Assembly (NCBI RefSeq): GCF_006345805.1
Contig: NC_043001.1
Coordinates: 59,520,001 to 59,584,000 of the forward strand
Length of the DNA stretch: 64,000 nt
Reading direction: 5' to 3'
Source: Octopus sinensis
Lineage: Eukaryota
Position numbers and translations under genes: made by a program. Position 1 is the stretch's first letter. Each line of letters starts with the position of its first letter. Under the pieces are notes generated by a model. That model was given only the letters and a program-made list of their open reading frames with translations, was not told where the DNA came from and did not search any database. This document shows positions 26,729 through 41,453 of the stretch, piece by piece.

Positions 26729-27274
26729 TAATAATAATAATAATTATAATAATAATAATAATAATCGTTTCAAATTTTGCCACAAGGGCAGACACTTTTA
26801 AGGAGGGGATGAGTCGATTACATCGACGTCAGTGTTCAACTAGAACTTATGTTATTGACTCTGAAAGGATGAGAGTCAAAGTCGACCTCGGCGGAATTTC
26901 GACTCAGAACGTAGTGATGGGCGAAATACTGCCAAGCATTTTGTCCAGAGTACTAACGACTCTGCCGGCTCACTACCTTACTACAACTAATAATAATAAT
27001 ATTAATGATGAAGATGATGAGGATAATAATATTAATATTAATATTAATAATAATAGTATTTATTTTTTTTTAAATAGCTGTTTTCGATTGCATACACATA
27101 CACTACAACAGAAGGCATTTGCGTAAGGTGAAACTAGTGTGTAGGAATGACCTTCGTGTCACGTGTTTGGGAAGCAAGTGTCATATCACACAGCCACGCC
27201 ACGTCTACATGTATGTGTGTGTACTTACACACACGCACATATATAGCAATATATATATACATATGTATACATGC

Positions 27275-27304
<30 letters not shown>

Positions 27305-27309
<5 letters not shown>

Positions 27310-27330
27310 TAGATAGATAGATAGATAGAT

Positions 27331-27369
<39 letters not shown>

Positions 27370-27372
27370 CAT
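27305..27372. repeat. (ATAG)n microsatellite
   Basis: Direct reading. Confidence 0.9.
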
Positions 27373-27449
27373 ACATAGGTTATATTAGAAGATACTTGCA
27401 GAAGGTGCTATGCTGAAGGGGTGAAGCCGGGACCTTATATATATATATA

Positions 27450-27870
27450 TTGTAGAGAATTTATTTATTCTACACCAAGAATATTGTTGACTGTAACTTT
27501 GAAGTATTGGTCAGTTGCTCTAGAGTCAGTCTTCCCATGTGTTAGTGTTAATCTTGGCTGTATATAGTGAGTGTGTGGATTTCAGTGGTTATTATGTAGG
27601 TTCCGTTGCTTTGGAGAAATTGATTAAGTTTGGGTCTGTTATTGCTTAGAATTTATTTTTGTATGTAGAGCAATGTAAGTAAGTGTGTATGTTTAGGTCT
27701 GTGCTTTTGTTGCGTATTAACGGGATGTGTTAGCAGTCTTGTTGTTTCGGGCTTATTGAATTTAAACCTTTGGTTTGACAATGTAAAAATTCAAAGTATA
27801 AAGTCCAGTACTTAGAACCTTAATAACTGGGTGTGTTGACATTCTGTATTGGAAATATTTAAGGGTTCTT
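27450..27870 (-). mobile_element. Decayed LINE 3' region, clade uncertain
   Basis: A largely continuous minus-strand frame with scattered stops ([26 protein letters not shown]..); no diagnostic motif. Confidence 0.35.
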
Positions 27871-29039
27871 TCGAGAACCCCTAAAAATTAGTTTTCTTAG
27901 GCTTTTATCTTCCAAATGACTCACAACTAGATTTTGGAGTCATTGATTCGTTTTGTCGTCCATTTTTGGTTTCTTAGTTTTATGAATAAGTACACACGGG
28001 ACATGTAATAAATACGAAAACTTGAATTCATTCAAGAACTAAGAGACTCTACCTGAACACATTAACGTCGCAAGTCTGTGTCCAACTAAAGACCTGCTAA
28101 CATTTTGCTAGAATGACAGTGATGAGTCAGAAATCAACGTCGTCAGCGATGACTTTTACGGAACCAAAAATTCTGGGGTACGACTATGTACATGTGAGTG
28201 ACTTGCTTTTTCCCTCGTCCTCAGATTTATAAATTTCACATACAATGCCACATGCTTTTCCCCATCTGATATTGTAGCTCTCATTCACGTATCGAATGAG
28301 CTACATATAATTGCTTTAGGATCACACAAAGAAGGTTATCATATTTGGGATCACACAAAGTATGTCGTCAAACTTAATGGCAAATGAGAAGCACTTTTTT
28401 CCAAAACAGATTATAAAGCACTTGCCCTGTGCCCTATATGCGATGCTGTACTGATATTACGTGCTTTAATGCACTAAAATTATTGTCTGAATATGCACTG
28501 CCGAAAATGGTTGTACGTCGAATATGACGTTGTGTCTTTTATGCCATCAAATATGATAGTTACTTTATTTCTTTCTCATATCTCTGGCATAGATTCAGAT
28601 ATGAAACCTGATGCGTCACATGATGCTCCCATCTGTTTTGTTTTTCTAATATTGTATTTCTAAAGCTGATATATTTGAAGCTAAAATCACATCTGTCCGA
28701 AATCGAAATCAGTAGCTTATGAAATTTCTATCTTTATTTTCAGTCGTGATAGCTGTGTCTATTCCTGTATGTCTGTATTGTGTTTTTTGTTAAATAACAT
28801 GCGGATGGTATTTACTAGTGCCGTTATCGATAGAAAGTAGTATTTTTTCGCTCGGATTTTGTGTATCAAGCTACACATAACTTATCTTCAGTTTTAGTTT
28901 TCTTATACCTTTCAATTTTTGTTGAGGGACTTTATACTGTTCTTCACACATATATATTTAAACACACACACACATGTATATGCATAAGTTTTCATACCTA
29001 CATATATCCACATATACACAAAAACACACAGACACATTA

Positions 29040-29445
29040 AAACACATATATCTGCTCAAGACTGACTGTGTGATAAGAAGTTTACTTCCCAACAACATGG
29101 TTTCGGGTTCAGTCACGGAACCATGTTGGACACCTTGGGAACATGTCACCTTAGTTACATGTTTCTACTATAGCAATGAGTCGGCTAAAGATTGTGTGCG
29201 GATTTGGTAGAAAACTGAGAGAAGCCTGTCATATACTTGCGTGTGTGTGATTGTCTACCAAATCAACCACTTGACAACCCGTCTTAGTGGGTACGTCCCC
29301 GTAATTTAGCTCCTCGACAAAACATACAGATACAAAAAGTGCTTGGCTTAAAAATAAGTACTGGAGTCGATTTGTCTGACTAAATTCTTCTGGCGGTACT
29401 CCAGCATGACCACGGTCTGATGATTAGAACAAGCATAAAATAAAA
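29040..29445 (+). mobile_element. Near-complete decayed tRNA-derived SINE (first family)
   Basis: Head gactgtgtgataagaagtttacttcccaac..gggttcagtc, body ggatttggtag..gaagcc, tail ggcggtactccagcatg. Confidence 0.65.
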
Positions 29446-29680
29446 GACAATATGCTGGTGTATGTGTGTGTATCTGTGTGCGCGCGCACATATTTGTGTG
29501 TGCGCATGTCATATACACAAAAACACCCAAACACGCACAACATATATATATATATGTATGTATATATATATATATTTATATAGTTAATCCAAACAAGAAA
29601 GCACAAAAAAACACAACAACGCGAGGACGTGGAACAAATATAGTATTATTGGACGCTCAGCAAAGAAGGAAAGAAGGAGG

Positions 29681-29715
29681 GTTTAACGTTTCGAGCGGAG
29701 TTCTTCGTCGGAAAC
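29681..29715 (-). ncRNA. Degenerate minimal hammerhead motif in a PLE-type terminal repeat
   Basis: Reverse complement: gttt CCGACGA a gaac tcc gctc GAAA cg TT aaac. Stem I gttt/aaac; U4C core change and one stem II mismatch. Confidence 0.45.
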
Positions 29716-29887
29716 ATAGGAGAAGGAAAGATCCAGAGAAGGGAAGACAGAGGAAAAGAAAAATCACCAACGGTACACACGACCTCACTTATGTAGACTG
29801 CTAACACATCCCGTTAATACGTAACAAAAGCACAGACCTAAACATACACACTTACTTACATTGCTCTGCAAGTGTCTTCTAATATAA

Positions 29888-29888
29888 C

Positions 29889-29985
<97 letters not shown>

Positions 29986-30022
29986 CATCCATCCATCCAT
30001 CCATCCATCCATCCATCCATCC

Positions 30023-30068
<46 letters not shown>

Positions 30069-30071
30069 TTA

Positions 30072-30120
<49 letters not shown>
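29888..30120. repeat. Compound (ATCT)n/(ATCC)n/(TA)n microsatellite
   Basis: Direct reading. Confidence 0.95.
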
Positions 30121-30129
<9 letters not shown>

Positions 30130-30142
<13 letters not shown>

Positions 30143-30600
30143 AAACTGAGAATGTGTGTGTGTGTGTCTGTCTGTCTCTCTGTGTGTTTCCCTAAAACTT
30201 GAGAACTACACAACTAATTTCATTCAAATTCTACACATGCCTTACTTAGGGTCCGGGGAGTGTCATCGGCAAAAAAACTTTCAACTGTTTGCCTAGGGCG
30301 AGCCCACAGCAATATCATATCTTCTCCACTATGATTCCCTAAAACTTGAGAAATACACAACCAATTTCATTCAAATTTTACACATGCCTTACGTAGAGTC
30401 CATGTAGTTTCATGGGCAAAAAAGTTCAACTTCTTGCCCAGGGCGCGCCCATAGCAATATCATATCTTCTCCACTATTTCAGTATTACGTGTTAAAAGTG
30501 AAACACAAGCATCTCTCTATTTTATGTCAGATACTTTCACTTTAACAATACAAATTAGAGATAATAATAACAATTGAATTATATGTAGTAAATAATAATT
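30130..30600 (+). mobile_element. Helitron-like non-autonomous element with an internal 147-bp tandem duplication (30190 and 30337)
   Basis: Starts TATATATAAAACT like 7785; ccctaaaacttgagaa...atcttctccactat occurs twice. Confidence 0.5.
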
Positions 30601-31199
30601 AAAATCAAACTAAAGTATGATATAATAAATAAATCGTAACATAACAATTAATAGTAAAAATAGCAATTGGCATAAAATTGCATCAATCACTTGAAGTTCA
30701 ATAAGTGGTTTCACATGAATGGGAATAAATAAAAAACAAAATTTAAGTGCAGAAATGGAATAGTCCAGATGGAGCTGTGCACGGCTTTTACATTAGATTA
30801 ATTGCTAATTAGCTAGCATTAAGTATCTGTATGAAGTTTTGCTGTATGTAATGTCTGTTTTCTCGAACAGATGCTTCTACTGAGTACTGCTGTTGGTTTA
30901 TTTCTGATCCATAAAGGCCTATAGCTTCAACAGAGTACTGCTTTTTGATTCACCGTAAGGTTTGTTGTTATTATTATTACTGTTTAACTATTGTTATCAC
31001 GTTTGTTGGTTCCTCGTAAGGGAAGCGTTGTTGTGTAGAATTTGTTAAATAATTGTAAACCGTAACCCTCCCCCTTTGGGAGAAGGAGCTTTGGTTATTG
31101 TTTAAAAATAAATTGTGTCCCTGTTTAAGGAAATTGACAATATTTTGACCGTTTACACGGAAGCATTTTTGTTAAAATGTCTTCGATAGAAGAAAGTCC

Positions 31200-31720
31200 A
31201 AAAATGAATTTCGCAGCAGCCGTCGGCGGGCGGCGAACTCATTAAAATTAAAATGGAAGAAATACAAACCTATTTCGGATTGATCACCAACAAAGACGGT
31301 GAATCTAGGATAACACCACCAAACGAAATAAAAAATAAAAATAAAGAAAAAATCTATTGTCTATAAAGTATACAATGTAGAGAAAAAAATGATTTGAACA
31401 TCTGGAGGAAAGCACCATTGAAAAGTGTCTTGGTACGACTATGAAAGATATCAAGTATCTAACCAGAGGCGGTAAATTCGCCACAATAGAAGCAAGGTTC
31501 GTGTCAACGGAGCGTGCAAGGGAGTACTCGACTCGAACCTTGCAAAGTGGAAATATTTTATTTTTACCTTTATATCTGGGACATAGGACGTCCCGGATAA
31601 AAATTTAAAATGTCCCCCCAGAAGTAGAGGTAGGCTGGATTGTGGCCACACTTCTATACAAGAGGGAGGACAAGATACAATTGATCGAAATTGCAAGAGA
31701 CGGGCCTACAATTCCAGTCT
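31200..31720 (+). mobile_element. 5' UTR/ORF1 fragment of an L1/Tx1-like LINE
   Basis: Translation LFLPLYLGHRTSRIKI*NVPPEVEVGWIVATLL aligns with VLYPTYLPKRTMRIRVNDVQPGVNVFWIVACVV of ORF1 at 17028-17267. Confidence 0.6.
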
Positions 31721-31882
31721 GTTATATATTTTGAGCATTGTTATCACTAGCGATATCAAGATATAACTTTGTATTTTGTATTTTATGTGCAGATGTATAT
31801 ATATAGATGTACATGCAATATGTACACATATATATATATGCACTAGCACTATGTCTCGGCTAGTATATATATACATACATAC

Positions 31883-31915
<33 letters not shown>

Positions 31916-32273
31916 CTATTTCACTAATTCTTTTATTCTTTTATTTGTTTCAGTTATTTGACTGCGGCCATGGTGGGGCGCCGCCCTTTTAGTCGAACAG
32001 ATCGACCCCAGGACTTATTCTTTGTAAGCTCAGTACTTATTCTATCAGTCTCTTTTGCCGAACTGCTAGGTTACGGGTATGTAAACACACCATCATCGGT
32101 TGTCAAGCAGTGATGGGGGGGGACTAAAACATACACACACAAACACACATATATATATATATTACGGGTTTCTTTCAGCTTCCGTCTACCAAATCCACTC
32201 ACAAGGCTTTAGTCTTCCCGAGGCTATCGTAGAAGACACTTGGCCACTCCTGTATGTATCTATGTATATATAT

Positions 32274-32357
<84 letters not shown>

Positions 32358-35165
32358 AAAAAATTTGTAGCTGTCCATGAAGATGGTAAGAAGAGATAAA
32401 CGAATGAACCACAACAGTGACATTGAAAGAATATCAACATTCCTTTGTGAGAATACTGTTACCTCTCAGCACGCAAATGACACAAGAACAATAGGAACAA
32501 CACCAACGATAACTTCAATGATATCAACATCAACCCCAATTACGGTCTCCGTTACATAACAACCATAACAGCAACTCTGTCAGCATTATCAAGAAGAAAG
32601 TTAAATTGCAGGAATTAGAGGGAAATTGAATGAATTAGCTGAAACAGATATTTCACCGGTCAAATACCAGTGGGAATCTAAACTGCCTAACTCCAAGGAT
32701 TACGAATTTTATTGAGAAATGTTATTCTAATAAATATTGATTTTTCACAGTGGTAGCAAGAACATATTTGTAAGGATGTTGGAAACTGTTTCAATGAAAA
32801 TTTAAGATTAATAGATGTTTCGCAAGAGTTGGGTTCCAACAAAAAGCTAAGTCCAATTCGTCTAAATTTACATAGAAGCCAGTATGAAGATAAAGCCATG
32901 TATTTTCAGTTATCCAATCGGCTTATAGCTCTTGATTGGCTAGAACCATCTATACCTTTCGTTCCCCGTGTCATCTCTCACATTGGGAATCAAGATAAAT
33001 TTATTTACATCTAAAAAAGAAATGAAGCTCATATTATGTAACATAACAGAAATAATCTCCTTGATTATTGTTTTAGTCAAAATCGTATAAACAGAAGTAA
33101 AGTAATCCACCAAAATGTTATATGGTAATTGATGATGAAGCTAGTGATGTACATCAATGTTCATCGCTAACCTGTGATATCATGTTATCAAAAGTCTTTC
33201 TTTAAAAAAATATACACCAATGAACACTTTCAGTGGCTTGCTGCATATATCCAATATCTTCAACACTCACGATACTAGAATAGTTTAATGAATTTTTACT
33301 GTTGTATGTATGAACCTACCATGCACTACCGAAACTGCAGAAACCCTCTTTGTGTTATTCAAAAAGAATTAGATACAGACGAGTTTTCCTCTATTAAGTT
33401 CGGAAGAGCATTGACATGTTGTTTCTAAAACTGATAACAAAGAGAAAAGTGTGTCACCCTATTGTACATTGTTCTATAGTATAACATTTGACAAAAGAAA
33501 ACTTGATAGTTTTTTAAAAGCATCCCGAGACGACATTGAACGCTGGCTTGCGGTCACCTTCCAAGCTCAATTTTGGCATCAGTTCAACAGACTTCGGGTA
33601 ATGATGCGTTCAGTAAGGACCTTTCTATATCTTCAAAATGTAAATATACATACCATATATATTTGTTGTGCAAAATTTTTTATGTGAAGTCGTGTGTTGA
33701 AACAGACATTGTTGTATTTCGGAATGGTAGTAGTGATAGTTGTGGTGGTAATAGTAATAATAGTAGTAGTGATGTTAATGATAGCGGTAATGGTGGCAAT
33801 AGTGGTGATAATAATAGTAGGGTTGATGATGGGAACAGTAACGACAGAAATAGTAGTAACGATAATGAAGAAGATAACCCTAGAAAGGCCATTAACATGT
33901 ATACCCACCCCTTTGACACTCAATTCTTCAACATATGTAATAGTGCGTGTGTTTTTATTGGGTAAACTGGCAAAATGACCATTCTGAAATACATACCATA
34001 TATATATACATAAATACATGCATATATGCCTACTTACATAACCATTTTCTCCGTCCACTGTTCCTATTTTGGGAGTAGAATCCTTAGAATTATCCATTAT
34101 AGGGGCCCATCAGAAGCAACTGCCATCATATTTTCCAGTTAGATTCAAAAGTGCGACCAGCTAAGACCATGGATATTATCGAACGATTTCGGTCTTGATC
34201 TTCCCAGAGATTTCCTACAATTGGCTCGGCTTGAAGAATACGTTTTGCGATGATTTTTTCTTGCAGCATTCTAATCAGATGTTGGTACGACCGGTACTGT
34301 GACTTTTCGTCGAATTGTGTCCACAACTGGTTGCATGAAAATTGCTTTAGGACTGGTCGTTCATCTTGTAAAGCAGAGGTTATATACATGAGGCCTTTAA
34401 AGACTCTCCAACCAGGAAATAGCTAAAGTTAAGAATTAGAATATATTAAGAACAATAAAACTTCCGTGGAGGTTGTTGTTCTTAGCACACTGCTTGCTCT
34501 GGAGTCATTAAAGTGTTCCACGCATACTCAGTTTCTCTAACGCTTTCCCAGACATATCTAGCAGCGCCACTATCTAGTATTGTTAGATGGGAAATAAGTT
34601 GGAAAGCGACCTGGACTGGTGCATGATTGGAGACAAGTGAAGATCTTCATTTCTTCTAAAGAATGCTAAATAATTTCAAAGTCGACTTTGGAAAAGACTG
34701 CTAAAGTTGATCCAAGCAGATATTGAGAATGTGATGCATGGCTTCTATCTGATTCATTCATTCGTATTTGTTTCTTTTAGATAGATTGTTTTAACGTTTC
34801 TTAGTTTCCTACACCATCATTGTACAAATTTTGTGTTTTTTATGTTTGTGTATGTGTGTGTGTGTATGTGTGTGTGAGTATGTATGTATATGTATGTATG
34901 TGTATGTATACAACCACCATAGATGCTTTCGAGGCTATGCACAAATGGAGCAGGAGGAACATATACACATATAAATATGTATGTATATTTGTACGCATGT
35001 ATGTATATGAAAGTGTATAAGTACTTTACCATAGGTTTTATTTCCTTTCCTCTTTTGTTTCACACGATTTGTATTCCGTAGATGTCCTTTGGAAAAAAGA
35101 AACATTCTTGTTGTTGTACTCATTACAATAGCAGCAGCAGCAGTAGCAACAACAGCAACAGTAAC

Positions 35166-35218
<53 letters not shown>

Positions 35219-35319
35219 CAGCACCACCACCACCACCACCACCACCACCACCTTCACTAAGCTACAAGTCTGACTATTTTTATTAGTGTTCATATCCTTA
35301 ATTTCTTAGGCGGTACTGA

Positions 35320-35460
35320 AAAGTTCCTGGCTTTAAGGGTATTGTGAAAAGCCTGACTGGCGGCCCAGCCTTCCAAGTTCTTTTACAGGTATTAATAAAA
35401 CTGAAGGACCGCTGCAATAAGTGAGTGAATCTGAGACGGGAATATATTGAATGAAATCAT
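35320..35460 (+). mobile_element. Internally deleted mariner derivative
   Basis: Mariner-type terminus ggtactgaaaagttcctggc and a C-terminal remnant like KDRCNK.V...GEY.E. Confidence 0.45.
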
Positions 35461-35498
35461 AATTAATTGCTGGTTGGTTCCAATGAGGGTTAATAGTA

Positions 35499-35669
35499 CA
35501 TGGTTTGATCAATAAGTATCCGGACTGTTGTCATAAACTGAAGCACGCAGAACTCTGCTGGTCATGTGCACTAGGTTTCAACGTTCTAGCTTAATTCCGC
35601 TGTTTACAGTAGTGCTTGGAAGGAAGGTGTGTAGCGTGTGTAGTCCGGATACTTATTGATTAGACCTCC
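35499..35669. mobile_element. Mariner-type MITE, 171 bp
   Basis: Perfect inverted repeat tcaataagtatccggact (35509-35526) / agtccggatacttattga (35642-35659) inside ~28-bp TIRs; TA on both sides. Confidence 0.85.
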
Positions 35670-38600
35670 TATAATATTGATAGTAATTACTTTAATTCTG
35701 TTCTTTTTTTTTAGTTATTGTCAAGGCGGCATGCTGGCAGAATCGTTAGCGGCACTTCGTCTGTCATTATGTTCTAAGTTCAAATTCTGCGAAGGACGAA
35801 TTTGCTTTCATCCTTTTCAGGTCGATAAAATAAACAGCTGTTGAGCACAGGTGACAACGTAATCGATATATCCCCCACTTCCTTGTGCCAAAATCCGAAA
35901 TCAATCGTTAGCATGCCGGGCAAAAATGCTTACCGTTATTCCCTCCGTCACTATGTTCAGAGATGCAATTCCCCTGCCATCGACTTTGGCCTTCATTCCT
36001 TCGGAGTCGACAAAATATGTGCCAGTTGAGAACTGGGGTCGATGTAAACCGAAATTACCAAGCCTTGTGCTTATAATACAAAGGGTTGTTACTATCTTTG
36101 TCACCTGGTATAACAGGCCAGCTATGTTTCTCATTAATTGAATTTTCATTCTTATTCATTTCATATTTTGTTATTGCTATTTCCATTCATATCAGTGATA
36201 TTTCCTTTTTCTTTAGGTATACCACATGTGACTAGCTCAAGTAATTTTCAAGTATATGTTATCTATAAATCTATTATGCAATGCCCTCATTTTCTAGAAG
36301 CGGAGAAGTTTAGAGTTTGATGAAAACATCTTACCTGCTACTTACTGGTGCCACATTTAGGATCACTGTTGAAATTGCCTGTTAAGTATGGCATTACGTA
36401 CAACCGACGTTCCATTTGACGTTTCGATCTGCCGGAGCCAAGCAAACATTCCCTACATATCTGAATTATGATTATAAATCAAATGCACAAACAAACCATT
36501 TTTATGTGTATTGCACCTCACCACACACACACACACACAGATATGTATGTATATGTGTGTGTGTGTGTCTCAGTGTTGTACATTTTTAGACTGACGTGCT
36601 AAGTGTAGCATAATAAAATCATAAAACTATGCAATATCAATAAAAGTTAAGAAAGGGAAGGAATCGAATAAATTGGAATTTGTACACGAGAAACCACTTA
36701 CAAGATATAACTCTTCTTTAAAAATAAATATTTCCAAGTGGAAGCACTCCTCTGCTGCTAAGAGTAATTTTCTCATTTCTGATGAAGTGTGCCTTCACAA
36801 CGTGAAGGTTTCAGCATCTTTGTGTCTTACACGTGTCTGTATTTTTTGGCACATCAACCTGCTAGGATACTCCCCTGGAAGTTTTTGGCTTGTAAAATTG
36901 CCTAAACTTACGTGTAACTTCTTATTTGACGATCCGACATATGCATTTCTGCTTTACGGTTAATAAATGACATTGTGATTTGTTCTCTGATTGCACACAA
37001 TGGATTGTAGTTAAAATAGTAGATCTCCTGTGTGCCGTTGTGACGACCAAAGCACAGACATTGTCTTAAACCTCGATTTGCTATAACCTCGATTTGCTAT
37101 TTTGACATAGAGACCAGGCTTCTTTAGACAGCATCTAAATCGATTTTCCGTCGACGCTCCGTAGTCTGGCAGGTCGATATAAATCAAATTTTTGTTATTC
37201 CTTAAATCTTTGCGTCGCTTCATCTCTTATGCGTGTTTGTGTATAGAGTTTTGTCTCACGCGTGTGTGAGTCAGTGTGTGTACACATGTGTCTGTATGTG
37301 TACACGTGTGGTGGATGTACAAGAAAGAGAAAGAGAGAGAGAGCGGAGGTGAGAGACGAGAGAGAGGGAGAGCGGAGATGAGAAACGAGAGAATGAGAGA
37401 GCGGAGGTGAGAGAGAGAAGCTGTGTGTGCATTAATATTAGATTTGAATTAAATATAAATAAAACTTTGCTCCACAGAACCAAATTATTGGTTGAATATG
37501 TACGACATATTAAGTATTGTCGTGTGGTATGAAAATACCATTGTCGCAAGTTTACATCTCAGAATTTGGCAATATTATATATATTTCTTGAAATTAAGAT
37601 GTTTAGTTTTACTTAATTTTTTGAAGGTGCTGCATTTCTAGGTTAAATGTTTTTAAAACTATCAAAAGTGCCTTTCAAAACTACTGCAAGACAACAAAAG
37701 ATCATGTACAACATTGTTCGACTTACTTGAATTAGCAACTAAAATTTTCAGAATCAGATTCTGCTGTCTTAACATTGAAAGATATCTTCTTTACGCATCA
37801 CTCTCTGTATATCACCTCACAAGCTCTACACTAAATTTTTCGTCACGAACCGTAACTCTTTGTAATTTCTTCCTGAACAATACATCTAAATGTAGTTGGC
37901 ATCGGGGGAGGTCCCGACAGCTACATTAAGTATGTTGAGAAATCCTCTTCAAGATTTCTCTCTCTGCAAATTTTACAATTTCTTGGTCTCTTATAAGTTA
38001 TAAAATTGTAATGTAAACATCGTTCTTAGAACCAGTAAACTGATAGGAACCGATTGTATTTTACACAAGTCTATTCTGGAATTTACCACTCTCCCCTCCA
38101 TACTTCATAGACATCTAGAAGATAAATCCTCCGCCAAGAATTGAAACTAAAGTGAATTATTACCAATCCTAACGCTAATATAAATATTTTACAGCCTAAT
38201 CAAATTTAATTAATTTTTATCATATGAGGCATGAATAACTCCCCCAAGGCTCTAATCAGTTGCAAACACTTCGTTAGCGTTGTCGCGTAATGTTGCATTA
38301 TTACCAGGAGGCTTTATAGAATTTCACAGAAGAAACCTTTTTGTTTTGAAGATGGTTATATAGTAAAACTAATATAGGACTTTGGAGGAGTCTCTAAATT
38401 TTTCATAATTAAATTTAATGCAGGAGATGATATTTTTTGTTTCTTTTCATTTTCTTGTTTTTCTTTCTAAATTAATATCATGTTTATTCAATCAATATTC
38501 TATTATAAAATAAAAGAAGTTCCGTATGGTAATTCAAATTAGCGTCAATATCTAGTAAATAATTTCGACTTATCAGTGACAGTGATGTAGAACATTTTTC

Positions 38601-39241
38601 GATGGAGTTGTGAGCTATTCACAGTCGTTTGTTCTACTGCACATTACAGCATAACTCCCTCACAATCACATCGTTTAATAATAAAACTTGAGAGATCTTC
38701 TATAACTACATCACCTGAAAAATATGGTTTTGCGTTTGAATTTAGGCTTGAGTACGATGGTTGATCTAAGACTAAATTATCACAAAATTAAAAGCATCAT
38801 CATCACTGCGAATCAACAACGATAACAGTACCATAACGATTTAAGTTTTCCAAGGAATTACGTTGCCACTGAGGCCAGACTATCCTTTCCCTTTATTAAT
38901 ATACTCTTTGAGCCCGTACACTCAATAGTATATTTATTGGTTATTGAAAATCCAAATATATTAGTTATCTGCTTTATATATATATCTCATATAAAATGTT
39001 ATGATTTACCAGGGACAGAATACCATTGTGGTTTATAAATATTTGTTAAAATCAAAAACGTTGCATTGTTGTATTTGTTCTTCTGAATACAGATGAAGTA
39101 TTTCGCACAATTAATATATGTTTCTTCACTTGATTGCTGATGGGATATAAGCAAATTGATCACGGTGTATTACACACTTATGACGAATGAAAGGGTTCTG
39201 CTGTTTAAGCCTTGTACGATGGGTAAGAAAATTTTTCTTAA

Positions 39242-39720
39242 CCCTCCGGTGGTGCGGTTCTTTATTTTTCATGATTAGTACCGTAGTTTTAGCTCATTTT
39301 AGTACTTATTATTTTATGTGTTCTTAAGGAATCATATTACCAAAAAACATATTCTAATACAATGTATTTATGTAACATGTAAACAAAAACAAACGAGAAC
39401 TCTTTGAAAATGAAGGTCAAACTAAAACTATTTTTTGGTGGAGAGAGTTCTCCTTTCATATTTGCTGTTTACTCATTGCTTGCACAATCATCCTCATCAC
39501 TCTGAGCAAAGCAGTCGATGCAAATGTGCATAGAATGTTCCAAGCAGATGGGCTTATAGCACTTCTGGCAGCAATTTCTTGTCTTACAAACTTTTGACCT
39601 GGGGGCACAACGGGCATCTTTGTATGGAATCTTCACGACGTTTTGGAGGTAATTTGTTAGATGCTGAGCAATGTTAAACTTCCTTTTCAACAGAAAACAG
39701 AAAACGCAGTATGCTGAACT
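39242..39720 (-). mobile_element. piggyBac 3' end (C-terminal cysteine-rich domain and terminal repeat)
   Basis: RCAPRSKVCKTRNCCQKCYKPICLEHSMHICIDCF matches the piggyBac CRD pattern; TTAA|CCC terminus at 39238-39244. The other end was not found. Confidence 0.8.
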
Positions 39721-41241
39721 AACTTGAAACTGGGAGTTTGGCAGTTTAACACATCGACATCGAATCTCCGCAGAAGCATGAATATAGCAGAAATCAATGT
39801 TCCATAAACTAGTCTCATTGCTTTGTCATTTTGAATATACAATTCATGAAAATGTTATTGAATAATGAAAGAAAATGAATTTTAAATTTCAAAAATATAA
39901 AAATAAAGGCTAATTTTTCTCTTCATACAATCTGTTATAATGCACAACATGTGTACGACGCTCAGCTCTAAAATATTCGTCTATTCAAATGTTCTGCACT
40001 TATAATTCTCTTCGGTTTCACAAGATCGTAGTAATAATGATCAGTCACGTAAACTCGCAGAACATTAGACATTAAATTAAATTACGCATTTCTTGCTTAA
40101 TTGAATTTGCCCCTTCTTTTTATTTGCATTATTTATCGATATCTCGATTTTCCGCACCTCATTCTCGTTTTTATTCTCGAGTTATATTACATTGCACACA
40201 TTGTCTTGCTTTTCTTTGCTAATGCACCACAATTCTATATTTATCTTAGCCGCCATTTTAAATTTATTTCCAAACCAATTTCAGTGCCTCCACAGCTACT
40301 GTTCATACATTCCTTATTATGTTTTCTCTCAACTACAACATTCTAGAGAAAGGGCGAGGAATAGAAGTGAAGCTAAGGAAGAATGAACACGAAACGTAGA
40401 ATAGAAAGGAAGAGGAAAGGAAGTGAGATGCAGATTGCCATAGGAAAAGAGAGTAAAACTCTATAACTAAAGTTTAGATTTTATCTGTTCAACAGATTTT
40501 TCAGAAATTGGAGTGAACAACTTGCCTACACATTTGAAATACTTCCTCTTCGGATTGTCCAATTAAACAAGTTTTTACAATTACGAAAACTAATAATACT
40601 TACGCATACGCCTACACACATACACACACTCACACAAACACTCACAAACAAATGTGTACGCATCTCTATAAATATGCATGTACTTATATATGTTTGTGGT
40701 GTATGTGGCCATGTATGTGCGTGTGTGTGTTGGAGTAAGGCGAGGATCTCTGCAGTAAAATCCAAAGACCGAAACAGATGTAGTACATTGAATTTGTTAG
40801 TTTAACTTTTCCTACGGCTTGGATATCCATGAAACTGGATGTAATAGCCAAATCCAAACTCCTGAGAGTATGAGAATCAGGATTGGGCATACATTATGAA
40901 ATATTTGAGGATACAGATTCGTCGTTAGTAAAAAACATGGCCGGGGTCATATTTGCTCTCTTTCTTGCATCATCACACATGCATATGTATTTACATTACG
41001 TATAAGTGCGCATTTCTTGAAAGCGTCCTTGTATTTTATCGTATTCTAAATTTCTCATTCTGCCAGCTTTTATCTAATAAGCAGACGTTTTGAGAGGAAA
41101 CAAAAATGGTTTTCTTCACTTCATATGCATATTGTAGCATTTATAGCCTCGAGGTCCGAGATCCACCATTCCAAAACAGAATTATTTCATGTTGTCTCGA
41201 AGTTCATAATTTCTTCATATATATATATATATTATATATAT

Positions 41242-41273
<32 letters not shown>

Positions 41274-41453
41274 CTTGGAAATGGACGCGTGGCGTTCAAT
41301 TAATATTAATATAATTAATACAAATATATATATGCATATATGGGTACAGGACGTCACCAATTGTGTAAAGAAAATGAAATAGGAAAACAAATGACTTAAT
41401 TACGCAAACAACGAGAGAAAAGTGGAAAAGAGGACAAGTAAACACAGGGAACG

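Noticed and set aside
27664-29870. 2.2-kb DNA transposon with 76-bp TIRs
   Set aside because: The left repeat is internal to a continuous LINE-like frame, and there is no TSD.
33360-33690. Possible exon or transposase fragment
   Set aside because: Stops occur in all frames nearby, the ORF has a GTG start, and there is no recognisable motif.
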